From contig MU058791.1 in the NCBI GenBank assembly GCA_013265495.1, positions 248,001 to 312,000 of the forward strand: 64,000 nt of DNA, given 5' to 3'. The translations under genes were made by a program, and so were the position numbers. Position 1 is the stretch's first letter. Every line of letters begins with the position of its first letter. Of this stretch, positions 11,181-25,049 are shown in pieces. This DNA is from Vicugna vicugna. Its lineage: Eukaryota. The notes under the pieces were generated by a model. The model made no database searches and was not told where the DNA came from. It saw only the letters and a program-made list of their open reading frames with translations.

Positions 11181-13022
11181 AAGTCTTTCCACCATTCCAG
11201 GCTGACTCAATAATGTGATTCTAAATATGCTGCTTATATTATTTGTTTAAAAAAAAGAAGATTGTTTAAAAAGAAACAGAATTTTTCAGGATAGACAGGG
11301 ATGAATTTTTGCACATATTGAAAATACAGACACTGTTGGAATATGCCTTCCTGTCTAGAGTGAGGAAGGCTGTGATCTGGACTTTTTTCGCAGCCCTATT
11401 TCCTTGTGATTCTTGTTCCTATGGGGAGTGTGCATGGTTCATCCCTCAAGCTGATAGACACTGGAGGAAATGAAGTGGCTCAGAAAACCCCAGAAACCAT
11501 GGTCCAGGGGAAGTAAGTTTTTCTGTGGCAGCTCAGCTGGTGTCTGCCTGCTCCGCGTGGTTGCTTTGAGGATTCTGTCCTTAGAAACAGGGGACTCCCC
11601 CCACCCCCCGCCAGCCACAGCGAGGCGCCCGTTCTCTTTCATTTCAGTTCATCAAATGGGCGAAGGCTTCAGCTCACCAAGATGAAGCCTGTTGTGCTGA
11701 AGAGGGAATCTCAACTGGTTTCCACCGAGAAAGTGATTTCCTACCAACACCGGGAAATTCTCTTGTTGCTTTTCCAGGGATGACAGGGGAGTGAGAGCTA
11801 CAAGAGGTTGATTTAAGTCCAGCAGCTGCTTCAATTTCTGTAGGCTGCTGGCCACTGGAGGACCCAGAGAAAAGGCAGCTCTTTCAAATTGGCACAAAGG
11901 CATCCTACTTGGGCTAGTGGCAGCCCGAGTTCTGCTGCAGACACCCTCCGGGGCCCCTGGCTGGGAGTGTATTTCCATTTGGAAGCTGGGATTGCTGAAA
12001 CTAACATTCCGTGGTGTTGTCTGCTTTCATTATCATGGGGAGGAAATACGCTTAGACTTTCAAAGATCATCTGTGGGTAAAGGAAAACCTGAATTAAACT
12101 CCAGCCCCAGCCTTCAGCATCCCAGTATCCTGGTGACCTAAAGTCGAAGAGCCTCACTGCTCAATTCAAGATAGTTTGGGAAGCCATGTGGGCTTTTTGA
12201 AGCCATCTCCAATGCTGTCTTAAGATCACTTTTCACCTTCCTATTATCCATCCAGAAAAGTGCTCCTTCGTTGAGAAGCACAGCTGAGAATTGAATGTCT
12301 TTTTGCTAAGGGGGCTGCACACTAGTGAAGCAGCGCTGGGACCCTTGAGCAAGAGGAGTGTGGTCCCGGTTTCTCCACCAGCTGCCAGGGCAGCCTCCAG
12401 ACCGCTCAGTCATTCAGTCCTTCCCTAGAGTCACCAATGACATGTGATTCCCTTTTGGCCATCACGGAATGAATCACAGAGGTGCCTTCTGCAGGATGCG
12501 GGGTGGGGGACATGGATTTCCCAGCTTGACATTTCCTGAATTCCTGCGCATCCATTCTGCAGGAAGACAGTGAACATGAATGCAGGTGATTGCAGGTGGG
12601 CAGGGCCGACAAGCTTGGAGAAGCCTTCATTCAGCAGCAGTGTGTACACCCTAGATCTCTCATTCCTTAAAGGCAGTCCCTGGTCTCTGATGAGAAATGG
12701 AGACCAAGGGAGGGAAAGGATCAGGTGGTGAGGTTTTACGAAAGACCTGGATTTTGAAGCAGGATGGTTTGACCTTCACTTTTCATTCTCTCAGCAGTGA
12801 CAGTGTGTGTGTGGTTTAAATGTGCAGTCGATGGCCCGCTTTGCGACAAAGAGGCTTGAATTTTTCGTCATTGGTATCTGCCCCATCTCCCAACGGCAGT
12901 GTGCAGTAGGTGGCAGTGAATCTAGGTTTTGGAGTTGAACACCTCCCTCCCACCCTTTATGGATTTTCACTCCAATGCTGTAGTCAACCCAGATATTTAT
13001 GACCTGGTAGGGCCTCCAGGCG

Positions 13023-13200
13023 AGTGGCTTTCATCTGTGTCTGCAAATTAGAATCTCCTGGGGGAACTTAAAAAAACAAGACACGTCCAAGCCCGACTTC
13101 AGTCCAGCTGGATCAGAATCTCTGGGTTGTGCCCACACATTGGTGTTTTTAAAAAATCAACTTTTCGGGTGATTCCATCCTGCAGCAGTACAGAGAACCC
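13023..13200. mobile_element. MER5-family (hAT-Charlie)
   Basis: attagaatctcctggggg...gatcagaatctctggg...ggtgattccatcctgcag. Confidence 0.7.
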
Positions 13201-13374
13201 TGGGGCCACACAGAAGGATCCCCAACCCTGGATGGGCAGAGGGACTTGTCTCCACCGTGTAAATCCTAAGAAGGAACCGTCTCTAGTTTCTCACCAAGTC
13301 AGCAGCGTCCGCAAGAAGCCGGAAGAGCAGGTCTGAACGACGAGGGTGTGGAGCTCTGTGCTCTGGACAGGCTG

Positions 13375-13620
13375 CATGAGTTAACTCTGTGTGGTTGGTT
13401 TATCTGTGAAATTGGGATGATGCTCCTACCCTGGGTTCCTCCCTGGGCTGTCGGAAAGGGTGTAATGAAATCATACGTGTACGGGAAAGCGCAGTGGGAA
13501 GCAGGGTGAAACACGCTAGAGGAAGCAGGCGTGATTGTACACTCGGGCACCAATAAAATGCCCACTGGATTGTAACTCTATCTAAACCCTTAGTGTGTGG
13601 CTGGAGGGCATGCATAAGTA
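13375..13620 (+). mobile_element. MIR fragments
   Basis: gagttaactctgtg...ttatctgtgaaattgggatgatg. Confidence 0.5.
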
Positions 13621-14215
13621 CCAACAAGTGTCAGTTCATCAAAATATTTATCAAACCTTTGCCATCAGAGGCACACGGGTGGGTGAATGCAGCCAGCTAC
13701 CTTTGTCATTCAGATGGAAGGCACTGCCTTAAGCTGCCTCTAGTTTCAGATCACCTTGAAGTTTCTACCACCAACCAGCTCCACCAAAAGCCCACTTTTT
13801 TTTTTCAGCCATTGGGAGATTCAGAGCTCATTACTGGAGCTGTTATTAAATATAGCATGTCTCATTTTAATAGGTGAGGCTTCCCATTGGCCTCCAGAAT
13901 TTAGACTCCCTGGCGACCATCGTGCTGTGTTCCTTGTTCCCAGTTAGTTGCCGCTTTCTAGATGTCTCTGAGCCTGGGAGTGGGTGTGACACAACATCTG
14001 TGTGTTTTGTTAAGCCCAGGAGAAAGGTTGTGCTCATAAAAGCTCACTAAAGCTCATAAGGGCATTTGCTAAAGTCCGAGGGAAAAAAGTTTCCTGGCGC
14101 AGGTGATTTTCAGTCTGTTCAGAGAGCGTGAGGGGAAAAACAAGCAAACCGCCGGACTGATGTTGACAATTCCTGGAACAGAAGGACCAGCTGGAACAGG
14201 CTTTGTTTAACTTTG

Positions 14216-14498
14216 CCTCGGTTCCAGTCGTCCGTGGGGGATTGGTTCCAGGACCCCACAGGTACCAATTCTGAGGATGCTTAAGTCCCTTCTATAAAAC
14301 AGCATAGTATTTACGTATAACCTATGCACATCCTTTAAATCATCTCTAGGTTCCTCCTAAAACAGTGTGAATGCTGTGTAAATAATTGCCGGTATGTGGC
14401 AAATGCAAGTTTCGCTTTTTGGGAATTTTTTTTCCCAAATATTTTCCATCCATGGTTGTTTGAGAATGTAGACTCCCTCCAACACCAAGGACCGACTG
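14216..14498. mobile_element. MER2-like (Tigger2-derived) MITE
   Basis: tccgtgggggattggttccaggacccc...aagtcccttctataaaa...tttaaatcatctctag...ggaccgactg. Confidence 0.85.
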
Positions 14499-15564
14499 CG
14501 TTTTCTTTTCCTGAGCAGTAAGGAGCACAGCCCTCCAAGAACACAGCTGAGATTGTAGTGCCGTCCCACGATGTATATCAGAGGTCTGGATTTACCACTC
14601 GGGTCAGCCCCAGAGGAGGAGGTTCTGGTGGGGACGCAGGCCAAGTGTTCCTGGGTGCAGCTGCCTGGATGGGCATTTTGCTGGCTTTGTTGACTAGCCT
14701 CTAATTTTTCTGCCTGCTCAAGGTCTTTTTCCTGTCCTTCCTCAATGCTATCTGCAGGAGTCATTATATGTCACCTTTGAGTTCTCGGGATGGGACGAAT
14801 TAAATCATGTGAGCCTTTGCAGATGGGCACTGTGTTACCATAAATGCGTGGACCTTCTGAGCCTAACCTGCTGGTTAACTGAGTCATAATGAGCTGCAGC
14901 CCCGCAGAGGAAGGCCCGTTAGGAGATGTGAACCTCCTGAGGTTGGGCACCTTGACGTCTTCATCAGAAGTGTTTAACAGATGTTTGATGAACCAATGAT
15001 GCCTTAGCCTCTATTTAAAGTGAAGACTCCGGTGATGGATGTGGTTGTGTGTCCACATCCGTCTTCTGTGCTCAGATCACACGCGAGCTCCCCCTGTAGT
15101 CCAGCCGCCGGCAGTGGTGGGCTGAGCTTCGCCCTGAGAGCCTTGTAAATTACACCTTCTCCATGCAGGCCCTTGTCACTGCGTCTCGGAGAGATCAGAG
15201 CTTCCCTGGGTTGTTGTGATGAGGTAGCGACATAAGGGACCTGGAAGTGCTTTTCATCTGGAGAGCAGTGTGGGACCATTAAGGTTTCATTAATGCTCAT
15301 GCTAACAACAGTTAGTTATTTCACCAGACTGCGCTCATGAGGCAAGAGGGAAATGGAATGCAGTAACGCAGGGCGGATGACTAGCCGGAGGGTCGCCCTG
15401 CACTCACCTCGATGGCTTATATTTAGCCCTCTGTCTATTAATATGCAAACTTCATAGCAGTTGAGGTCCCCCTTGGACCACACCTGGAATAAACAAAAAT
15501 TTAATGATAGAAAATAACGTCCACTCCGTTCTCGTCTACCATATGCTGCCTTGTGGGCTCACAG

Positions 15565-15665
15565 TATCTAATTTAATTCCCACAACGACAATGAGGTAGG
15601 AGTTTTAGTTCCCTTTAACAGATAAGAAAACTGAAGTTACTTGTCTCAAGTCATGTAGTCACATG
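15565..15665 (-). mobile_element. MIR fragment
   Basis: aattcccacaacgacaatgaggtagg...acagataagaaaactgaag. Confidence 0.6.
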
Positions 15666-16342
15666 TGCGTGTCTCGTGGGTGGCCTGGGACTTGTGTGGT
15701 TGTGCAGCTCTGTTGTACCTCAGGGTGAAGCAATGCGGAAAGAAAGAGAACAAAAAGAACCAGCATCCTCTTGCAGTCTTTGAGCACGGGGCTCCCCTTT
15801 CCCAGTTCCTTTGGCTGATGAGATGGGGTATCTCTTGGGCTTTTAGACACTAGTGAGGTCTAGCAGTAGTGCAGCACCATGATTAGGTGCGGCCTGACAT
15901 CAGGGCAGGAAGGGAAAAAAGAGGAAAAAAAAATCCAGAATCTCCCATCACACTCTTTGTTTTTTAGGAGCTCCTTTTCCTAGTCATCTAGCCAGAAAGA
16001 GGAGAGTTTTCCTGTAGTTTTTGTTTCCATCTCCCACGGTGCACTTCCTTGATTAGATGCACCTTCGGATCAAAGCCAAGAGATAATGGAGGAAAATTTA
16101 ATCCAGGAAACTTGCCAATGTGTGTGTCTTCGATTTTTAACTTCCCTCTCAGTCTGTCTGATACTGTTTGCTCTTCAGGGTCCTCAAGAAGTTGGCTTCT
16201 GTGTTCCGTGCAGAGATTTTTGTCGTAATCAGTGGGAAAGAGACGTTTTCGTTGGCTTATTCATCTTGGCTGGTCCTGCAAGTCTTACATACTCTTTTGA
16301 AAAACAAACAGTAGCATAGTATTTGTTTGGCACTTGTTTTCT

Positions 16343-16377
16343 GTTTGTTTTTGTTTTTGTTTTTGTTTTTGTTTTTT
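16343..16377. repeat. (TTTTTG)n simple repeat
   Basis: gtttgtttttgtttttgtttttgtttttgtttttt. Confidence 0.9.
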
Positions 16378-16432
16378 AGTATATAATATATATTGGAGAG
16401 AACAATGATGTTGTTAACAGTGACAAGAAACA

Positions 16433-16652
16433 ATAGTTATTGAATGCTTTAAGTGCCAGGCATGGTTCTAAGTGCCACACATATTAACCCATTTAATCCT
16501 TGCAGCAACCGTAGTGGGTACATAGTATTATTAGGTAGGTAATATTATTCCCATTTTGCAGATGGTGATACCTCCTTGGGGAAATTAACTTGCCCAAGGT
16601 CACAGAGCTAGTCAATGGAGCAGCTACCGAGGCTGTCTGGTTCAAAAGTCCT
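16433..16652 (-). mobile_element. MIR (near full length)
   Basis: ttattgaatgctttaagtgccaggcatggttctaagtgc...cccattttgcagatgg...aacttgcccaaggtcacagagctagt. Confidence 0.85.
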
Positions 16653-17537
16653 TACACATAACTACAATTATATAATAATAATAACAATGATGACGCTATC
16701 TTATTATTACCAACACTTACCTGTCACATACTTGCACAAGCTAGCTAGAAAATTACTATCGTGATACATGTACAGATCACCTTCAGGATGAAACGGCTTT
16801 GTGAACACATCGCATTTCCCATTCTAAGATACCAAGTGTGTTCATTCTGCGTGTAGGAAATTGGAGAAAAGCCAGGTGACTTGCCAGAGAGGTGGCAATT
16901 GAATTCTCTAGAACAGAGAAGTGATAGTTTCAGTGATTGTTCCTGCCTTCTCTGGAAGGCGCAGTACATTCCTACCCAGTAAATCTTGGAATAGTAGAAT
17001 CATAGGAGGTTAGAGCTGGAAGAGACACACCAGGTCTAAATTCACCTCCTGATTTTATAGATCACACATCGTGAGGTATTGGAAAGCACCTTGTCAAAGG
17101 TAAAATGGTATATGAATGGTAGTTGTTATGCATAAGGAAATAGTTCTAGAAAGTGAAATTGATGAAATCTGTATCTTCATTATCATCATCATAACTGTGT
17201 TTATAGGACACAAATATCCCAGGGACTCTGCAGGGCACCTCTCTGATGTTCTAAATAACCTTGCAAAATAGGTGCTGTGGTCCCCATTTTGGGGGGATTT
17301 TTGAGATGATAGGTAACTTGCCCAACAAAAGTGCCACACTTGGGTCAGTATTCAGTCACATGTCTTTACTGAGCATTTCCTACCTGTGAATATTTGCTGC
17401 GTTCTGATCGTACGTGTAATTGTCATGTAATATGTTGCATTGCATATCATGTACATGTGTGTACATACCATGTACTGTGTTGTATTCCAATTGGGATACA
17501 TTTTCTGAGTGCAGGGGGCCCTAGTAGTCATTATACT

Positions 17538-17577
17538 GGGACCGTCCTGGGCAGACTGGGACAAAGGGTCACCCTAC
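17538..17577. mobile_element. MER94-like (hAT-Blackjack) terminal fragment
   Basis: gtcctgggcagactgggacaaagggtcaccct. Confidence 0.5.
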
Positions 17578-18184
17578 CTGTGAGTCTTTATTTCCAGGTT
17601 GCAAAATGTATATTTGCCATGGTTTGATTTAGGTGATGTAAAATGCTGTCAGTAGCCAGCGTTCATGAGTGTTAATTAATGGATCTGTTGGTCTGTTTCC
17701 TAAGGCCATTAGAGGTGAACCACACGGAGCTGGATATTCCTTTATGGAGTGGACAGAGGTCACTTAACAAATTTTGTTCATCACTGCAGATCAAGAGAGC
17801 ACATGCTTTAAGCCAATACATTTTTAAAATATGAGGGCTGTGAAAAGTCATGAAGAAAAAAATCCTTAAGCCAATATATATTTTAAAGATTTTTCTCTAG
17901 GGCTAGGTACTCATAAGCCTTTCAGGATAATTAGAATTAACTGTGGATGAGAATAGATAAGATTCTTTCCCTCTATATTACACAGATGAAGGGAGATCCA
18001 TTGTCCTAGGCTTCCTGGAGGTAAGGCTTTAGAAATGGAAACAATTGAAAGGTAAATTTTTTTTCTCTTATATACTTGTGAAAAAGATATTTATCCAACC
18101 GGTCATGGAGTATTGAGCTGGGTAATGTGCCTGTAAGATATATAAGCACATATAGCTTAACTGCCATTCAAAGGAAGGGAATCG

Positions 18185-18305
18185 TATCCCTATTCCATGC
18201 ATGGGGAACCTGAGGCTCAGAGTGGTTAAGTTACTGCCCCAAACATGCACAGCTCTTTGGTGCTGGTGTAGGGATTCACACCAAGGTCTGGCATGCTCCA
18301 GGGGT
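18185..18305 (-). mobile_element. MIR fragment
   Basis: ggggaacctgaggctcagagtggttaagttactgccccaa. Confidence 0.7.
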
Positions 18306-20699
18306 CGTGCACTCCTAAATGCTGCTCCTTGATGAACTGGGAGGCTGTTGGCCTCAGCACAAAGAACACGGTTAAGCTGCTCTCTCCCTTCAGGCTGTGA
18401 ATGGGGAGCCTTGGGGAGTCTAACCTGCAAGGCAAATGTGAACATCTCATTTGAGGAAAGCACTAGACTGAATTATGACCCCAGTGTTGTAAGTGCCTGG
18501 GCCTTGGGCCAGTTGCTCAACCTTTCTTGACCCCGTTTCCTTTCCTGGGAAATGAGGTATTGAACTTGATGATGTTTAAGTCAAGTCCAAGTCTAACAGT
18601 CTGCGATCTAAAATTGACTGGGATCCCCATTCAGCATGGTAGACATTTTGGTGGGAAAATCATCTTGCTAATTTGCACACTAACAGTTTAACAAACAGAG
18701 AAGCATGAAAGTCCCGTCGTGATTTATACAGGACTTAGAAGGGTTTACAGGAAGTTCCTCACGGCCTTGGGGGTGGAGGGGGAGCCGTGGTTCTCATGGA
18801 AGAAGGGCCAAGGACCATTCTTGTGCATTACTTTTGTGGCCCTAGTCCATCTTTCTGCAATCTGAAGCTTCCTCCCTTCACTTCCATCAGTAGTCTGGAG
18901 ACAGAGGTGATCAGAAGTCTGAGATTATCCAGGATCAGATCATTAGAGCACAGGGTGAAAGGACCTTAAACATCAGGCTTCCTTGTGGCAAATAAAGCAG
19001 GAAGTGGAAGGTGCGTGACATTGACACGAACGTCTGTATCCTTGCTTTGGGCTTCAGTGGCCAGGCCGTTGCCATCTGATGATGAGCTGCTGATACTTGT
19101 GTTTCTTCAGGAGGATGTAGCGTGTCTTAGGGACCCGGTCAGGCAAAAAAGCAAGGCTCTCTCCAGCAACCTGCCACAGTGTGTTCACCCGCCTTCTGCG
19201 TTGTGCTGAAATGAGATAATGGTTGCTGGGGATGCGTGGAAATTACCAGCCTCTGACGTTTCCTCGTGCTCTGGCCCTTTCTCATCTGTATGCATCACAT
19301 TTGCTTAAGCGTATTGTCTGCAGGCAAAGTCCAATTATTTGGAACCAAGTTACTAATGATGAACACAATGAATCCAGTGTCTGTCATTGTGAACTGCCCT
19401 GGAGCAGGACAGACTACAGAGAATCATCAGAACTGAACAAAACCAAACCAAGCCAAACCCATTTTGCACAAAACAGCACGGCAGGGCAATGGTTCAAGAT
19501 TCATCTTCCGTGTCAAAATGAGAAATTATCAAATGCAGAGTAATTATACCTGAAACAAGACTTAAAATTGCTCTCACCTGACTCTGCTTTTCCTTCCTTT
19601 GTTTCCTAGCAATAGTCTTCTCATAATGTTCTATGTGGGTCGGTCAGAAACTAAAAAATGACTTTTGCTGGCTTTCCTCAGGGGATGGTTGATGTGGTAA
19701 ATAACTGTGAAATGATGAGTTTGGGTGTAATAATTGAGGCCAGGGAATTGATAATAAAGGCAAAGGAGATTTTCTGTCTCTAATTACAAAGATTTATCAT
19801 CTAGGAATCAGAGAAGTCACTCCTGGGTCACTTCTAACAGGTCACTGATCCAGAAATTCCCAGGAAAGGATATTCTCAACACTGCATGGTGGAGAGCTTT
19901 GGCCTGGCCAGCTGATCATTTCCACTTGATAATACCCTCCCTGGGTACATTATTGAGCAGATGAATCATTCCTAGAAGAGAACCATCTTAGTTTTCTCCA
20001 TTCATCATTGGGCTGCTTTTTCTTAATTTAATAGAACACCTTGTGCTTTTTCTTCTTTGCTGTGGAGGCTTCAAAAAAATGTGTATCATCTCCTTTCATT
20101 CATTCAACAGATACTGATTGATCGCTTGGCCGTAAGAGTCAGGTTTAATTCTTTTCATTTTAGTTTTCAAGACTGATCTTTCTGAATGCGTCGCAGTTTA
20201 TGGGCAAGTGATTGGTGTTTCTCTGCCCTGAACCCTCTCGCCCTTGCGTTTGTTTGTCTGGTTGTGAGATTATGTGAATGAAGGAAGTGTCTCACACATC
20301 ACTTCATGTTACATCTCCTGGTCATTATCCTGTAATGGGGTGCAGTACTCTTTCATAGACGACCAGTCTTGAGTTTATCCTTTTAAAGCCCGATTTTCTG
20401 GCCAAAACCTTCCAGTTGTGTTTCCTGTAAAGTCCCAGTGTCCTTTGTGCTCTCCTTTTTAAAGTTTTCCATGCTTCTTTAGTTTTATATGCCATGATTT
20501 TAATGGCTTTGTATTATCTCCCCGATTTTCCTTTATTCTCATGTGTCTTCAATACGACACAGACCCTCCACTCTAACTGGCTACTTCTTATGTCCATTTT
20601 ATTAGTAAAGATGTTGATTTGGCAGATGGTGACAGAGTTCCTACTTACATGGTATGAACAGATTTTTGGTTTATTATTTCATGTAAAAGAGTTTTTTAA

Positions 20700-21280
20700 A
20701 ATAGGGAATCCAGGGCTAGCATGGTGGCCCTATGAAGACACAGAAACTGGGGTTCTCCCTAGCTTTCTCTTCTGTCGCCATTAGCAAGAACGTCTCTCCT
20801 AAAGTTCATAACTGACTGCTGGAGATCCAGCCATCACGTTCTTATTCCATAAGCAAAGGGAAGGCAAGGGGCAGAGAAACAGGCGTCACAGCAAGTCAGC
20901 CCCCTTTCAAGAGTCTTCTATGAGCCTTGCACGATGGCTTTGGCTTAAATCTCACTGACCACCTCTAGCTGAAAGGGAAGTTGGCTTGGCAGCTCGACAT
21001 ACTGGAATCATGTTAGCTGTTGGAATGAATAAACCCGCAAATTTTAGACCCAGATCCACGCCTCTGTGGCTCTACCTTCCTTTAGGACCGGCAGTCCTCT
21101 GTGTCGAGTGGGCAGGTGGCAAATGAGGATGGAGGGTCACGTGTGGGATGTCTCTGGGCCAGCCTGGAAGGGGCCCACACCATCCATTTAGGCCCCTTTG
21201 GCCAGAGCTCTGCCACGTGGTCCTACATACCTGCAAGGCTGGGAACTAGAGTCCAGCTCTGTGTCTGGGACAAAAGGGAA
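20700..21280. mobile_element. Old ERVL-MaLR (MLT1J/K-like) fragments
   Basis: tgctggagatccagccatcacg..., tctcactgaccacctctagctgaaaggg, ttggccagagctctgccacgtggtcc...ctgcaaggctgggaa. Confidence 0.5.
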
Positions 21281-22289
21281 GCGGCTAGCCACCGGGCACA
21301 TCTCAGCCCCCGTATCATCAGGATTCTGTTACTGGGACAGACATTCAGACGCACTGGTAACAGCCTCAGCCACGGCCGGACACAGCTCCTGCTCCTGTTT
21401 CCCACAGGGACTCTTCTTGTTCCGGACCACCCGGATCAGATCTTGTCCTTCCGCGTCTGACGATTTCTCCATTCTCCCACTTCTTGTCCATCCCACCAGA
21501 TTCAGCTCTTAATTCGACAGTGACTTGTTTTTATTTGTTCTGTGCTTCCTGGATCTTGGGTTTTGCTCTTTAAACATGTGAAAGCAGGGACTTTCATCTC
21601 TTCTGCCATCATCACTAGTGGTCAGCTACGCCCTGGTGAGTGATGTGTCCTCCTCGTGAGAACAGCCAAGAAGCCCTCTGCCAAATAGTCAAAGATCAGG
21701 AGGCCAGAATGAAAGGTAAAACTTTCTGGCTGGCATGCACAGGCCATCCCGAGGACCTCCAGGCCTCTGTAGTCGTGTTCTAACCCTGGCTGCAGACTCT
21801 GAACCTGGATAAGACCCTCCCTTCTCTAGGTCAAAGCTTACTCTGGAAAATTCCCATGCTGAAAAGATTACTCAAATGCCCCTGCTTTGCGGAAGTTCAG
21901 TGCTCCATTTTGGCCAGGGCAAGTTTTGTTCTCTTTTTCCTCTGAGTTCTTGGAATATTTGGTGCATGTTTTTGTTTTAGGGCCCGTTGCCTCATCAGAA
22001 TAATTAAAATATATTGATCACACCAGGGAGTAAGTGGGTAATTTTCATCTTTTTATTTAATCCTCCCAATGGCCCCATGAGGTTCGTGGTGTCACCATCT
22101 CCACTGAACTGAGAAATTAGAGGTTAAGTAATGTGGCCCAATACTATGGGCAATGAGCACTGAGCATGCTTATTGCTGTGCTGGGGGTGGGGGATAGGCA
22201 TGATGGGGACTGTCTTAAGGAAACTGGGACCCACAGCTTCCTTCCTGATGTGTCCCCAATTCTGCCGTTTGCTGAAAGCACTATTGTCT

Positions 22290-23290
22290 ATTATGCCTTT
22301 GGTTAAATTAAAATAATATCATGAAATATTTCAACTTTGGCATAAAGTACAGAAAAATGAACAGGCTGCTGTGTACCCATCACCCAGACTGAGCAAGTGT
22401 TAATTAACATTTTGCCATCTTTGACTTAGACGTCTCAAACAAATGTTATGGAGACAGGATACAGTTACAGATACATGTCATGTTCTTTTGCAACCCCCTC
22501 CTCCCCAGCCCCAAACAGCCTGTACCGGAAGCTGGTGAGTGTGCATTCTTATTGTGTGTCTTTACACTTCACTACATATGTATATACTGTCCGTCTTACA
22601 ATATAGGGCTTCATATGATCGGGGTGTGTGTGTGTATGTGTGTGTGTGTGTGTGTCTCTGTTTTATGCAGTGACATCAATTGAATCAATACTATAGTATC
22701 TTTTAGTAACCTGCTTTTTCTCACCCATTATTATGTTTTTGAATTTTATCCTTGTTAATTCAAGTAGACCTCATCATTTAATTTAACTGACACAGATTAT
22801 TCCACTGAATACCTCTATTTCTTATTCAAGGCATTTATGTCCCAATAGAGAAATTTGATATTACATCCCTCTAGATAAATAGATATAACTCTAACCCATT
22901 CTTTTTCATCCCCATGTAATACTCCACAATATTGATGTACCATTCCAGTATCACTGGAAATTCATATTTTATTCTTTTCTCCTTCCTACAGTGCTATAAT
23001 CGTCATATTTATGCATGTCTCTGTATAGAATGTGTTTATTTCTATGGGATAGATTTCCTAAAATGAAATTGAGCATGCATAGCCAGATTAGCTTTGAAAA
23101 ACGTTGTAGCAATTTATAGCAGCAGCTTTCCCCCATAAATTGACCTTTTCACAGCCTGATGAGAAGAAAGCTACTCCTTTGAGGTTTTATTTAGTATTTT
23201 TCTGGACTACTGGGAAGGCTGAGCATATTTTAATATGTTCATCGGCCATTCTGTGAACTTTGTATTTGTGTCCTGGTCCATATCAATTTG
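22290..23290 (-). mobile_element. Old L1 (L1ME/L1MC-like) fragment
   Basis: tgtgtacccatcacccag...taacattttgccatc...ctgctttttctcaccc...ggctgagcatattttaatatgttcatcggccatt. Confidence 0.65.
22624..22655. repeat. (GT)n microsatellite
   Basis: gtgtgtgtgtgtatgtgtgtgtgtgtgtgtgt. Confidence 0.9.
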
Positions 23291-24414
23291 TAGGACCAGA
23301 GCATCTCCACTGGACATGGTTTCTGTGAGCAGTGCCCCCCTGGAGTTCTCTTGGTGGGAAGCCCTTGATGTCAGAGAGGAATTAACCCTGTCTTATGGGT
23401 TGCAATTTTAGGCTTGTTGCACTGATAGGCTGGTTACAATGATATCCCTCTCGATAATCTGGAATATTACATCCCTCTAAATAAATACATAATAACTCTA
23501 ACTCATTCTTTTTGATAGCTGTATAATAGTCCATGGTATGGATATACCATTCCAGCTTTATTGAAAATTCATGTTTCCACCCTAGCCTATCTTTTGTTTG
23601 TTTGTTTGTTTACTTTGCTTAAAGTATCTTTTACTATGCTCCCGTTTTTAATTCATCAGGCTTGCATATTTTGTCTTCTCCATTAGGATTTTTTCAGTTT
23701 TGTGCGCTGCTTAAGAAGGTTAACTTGCACATACCTTCTAAATCTTTTCTCCTAAAAGGTTTCCAACCTTTTTATGGTATTTTTTAACTGGGAAATTTAA
23801 GCACCATCTTTAAAGAACCCAGATTTCCTCAATATGTAAATGCAGCCTGGCAAAGGCACCTGAACTCATTTACCAAATGTCGTTTGCTTGGATGCTGTAT
23901 CACACGCTCTACTGAGGAACAAGGCCATGGCATGTGTTCTCCTCTTTTCCTTTTGAAAGTTGACACTTTGATCTCTCCTGTTCAAATCCTGCAAAGCTCC
24001 CAGAGAGAGAGAAAGGCACAGGCAGCCAACGGCCGCACACACTTAGCAGGAAGGCTGCGATTGATATTTTTGTTTAAAAGTCAAGGAAGGAAACAAGGCC
24101 ATTGTAATCCTCCGTGATATTTACCCTCAAGAACCTGCTGGCATGGACGCCTCCTGGAGACTGACAGTTGCTCTCTTTCGTTCTGCCATCCAGTCATTCA
24201 TGGAGGTTGAGACGCTGTGATTTGTTCCTGGAGGAGGAAGGAAGGCAGCAGAGACTAGAGGAGGGAGGTGCATTCTGCTGCTGCTCGCGAGGTAGATCTG
24301 ATTTAATGGTGAAAACAGTGTACGGATCCAGTTTCTATTTTTAAGCACAATTTTCAGAAGCATCAAAGAACGTGGCAAATGAGAAAAGAAAGTTAAATCG
24401 TTTTAGTGTTACAT

Positions 24415-24451
24415 TGTGTGTGTGTGTGTGTCTGTGTGTCTGTGTGTGTGT
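24415..24451. repeat. Interrupted (GT)n microsatellite
   Basis: tgtgtgtgtgtgtgtgtctgtgtgtctgtgtgtgtgt. Confidence 0.9.
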
Positions 24452-25049
24452 TGTAGTTCGTGTCTATTTCCACAACCTTCCTTGATTTTATGAAGTGACT
24501 TTGTCATTATGAGGGTGAAGTCCCAGTTTCAGAAGGGGCCTGAGGAGGTGCGGACCAGTTGCTAGGCATCCAGCAGCTTAGTGATGAGATACAGAAATGG
24601 CATTTTTGTTCTCTGCGCAGCCAGCCTGTGCAGAAGACGCAGTGCAGAGTGTGGGCAGGGGCGCTGTGGCTGCGAGGATCTGCGCCTTTGCTCGCAGTGG
24701 GGTCTGAGTGCAGGCTTGGAGTTCATCGCCTTTACAACTCTTATTTGATGCCGATGGTGAAGTGTCCTCTCCATCGTGTTGGTGGCAAAACTGAGGCCCC
24801 ACGGGGGCACAGCGAAGCAGCGTCATGAAATGACTTGGGCAAGCACGAAGGGCCTTCTCACAGCTTCGAGACAATCTTGGACTCAGTGGGTATTAATTCT
24901 ATTCTTTAGGGAGTACAAACATGACTGGTTCACTTCGCTCAAATATGGGCATTTGTGAAGCCGATGCTGGGCTTGGCACAGTTCTTTGTGCTTTTTGAAA
25001 AAAGTTTGCACTCGGAAGAAAAATGTGTCCTCTAACCAGTGGCTCTGCA

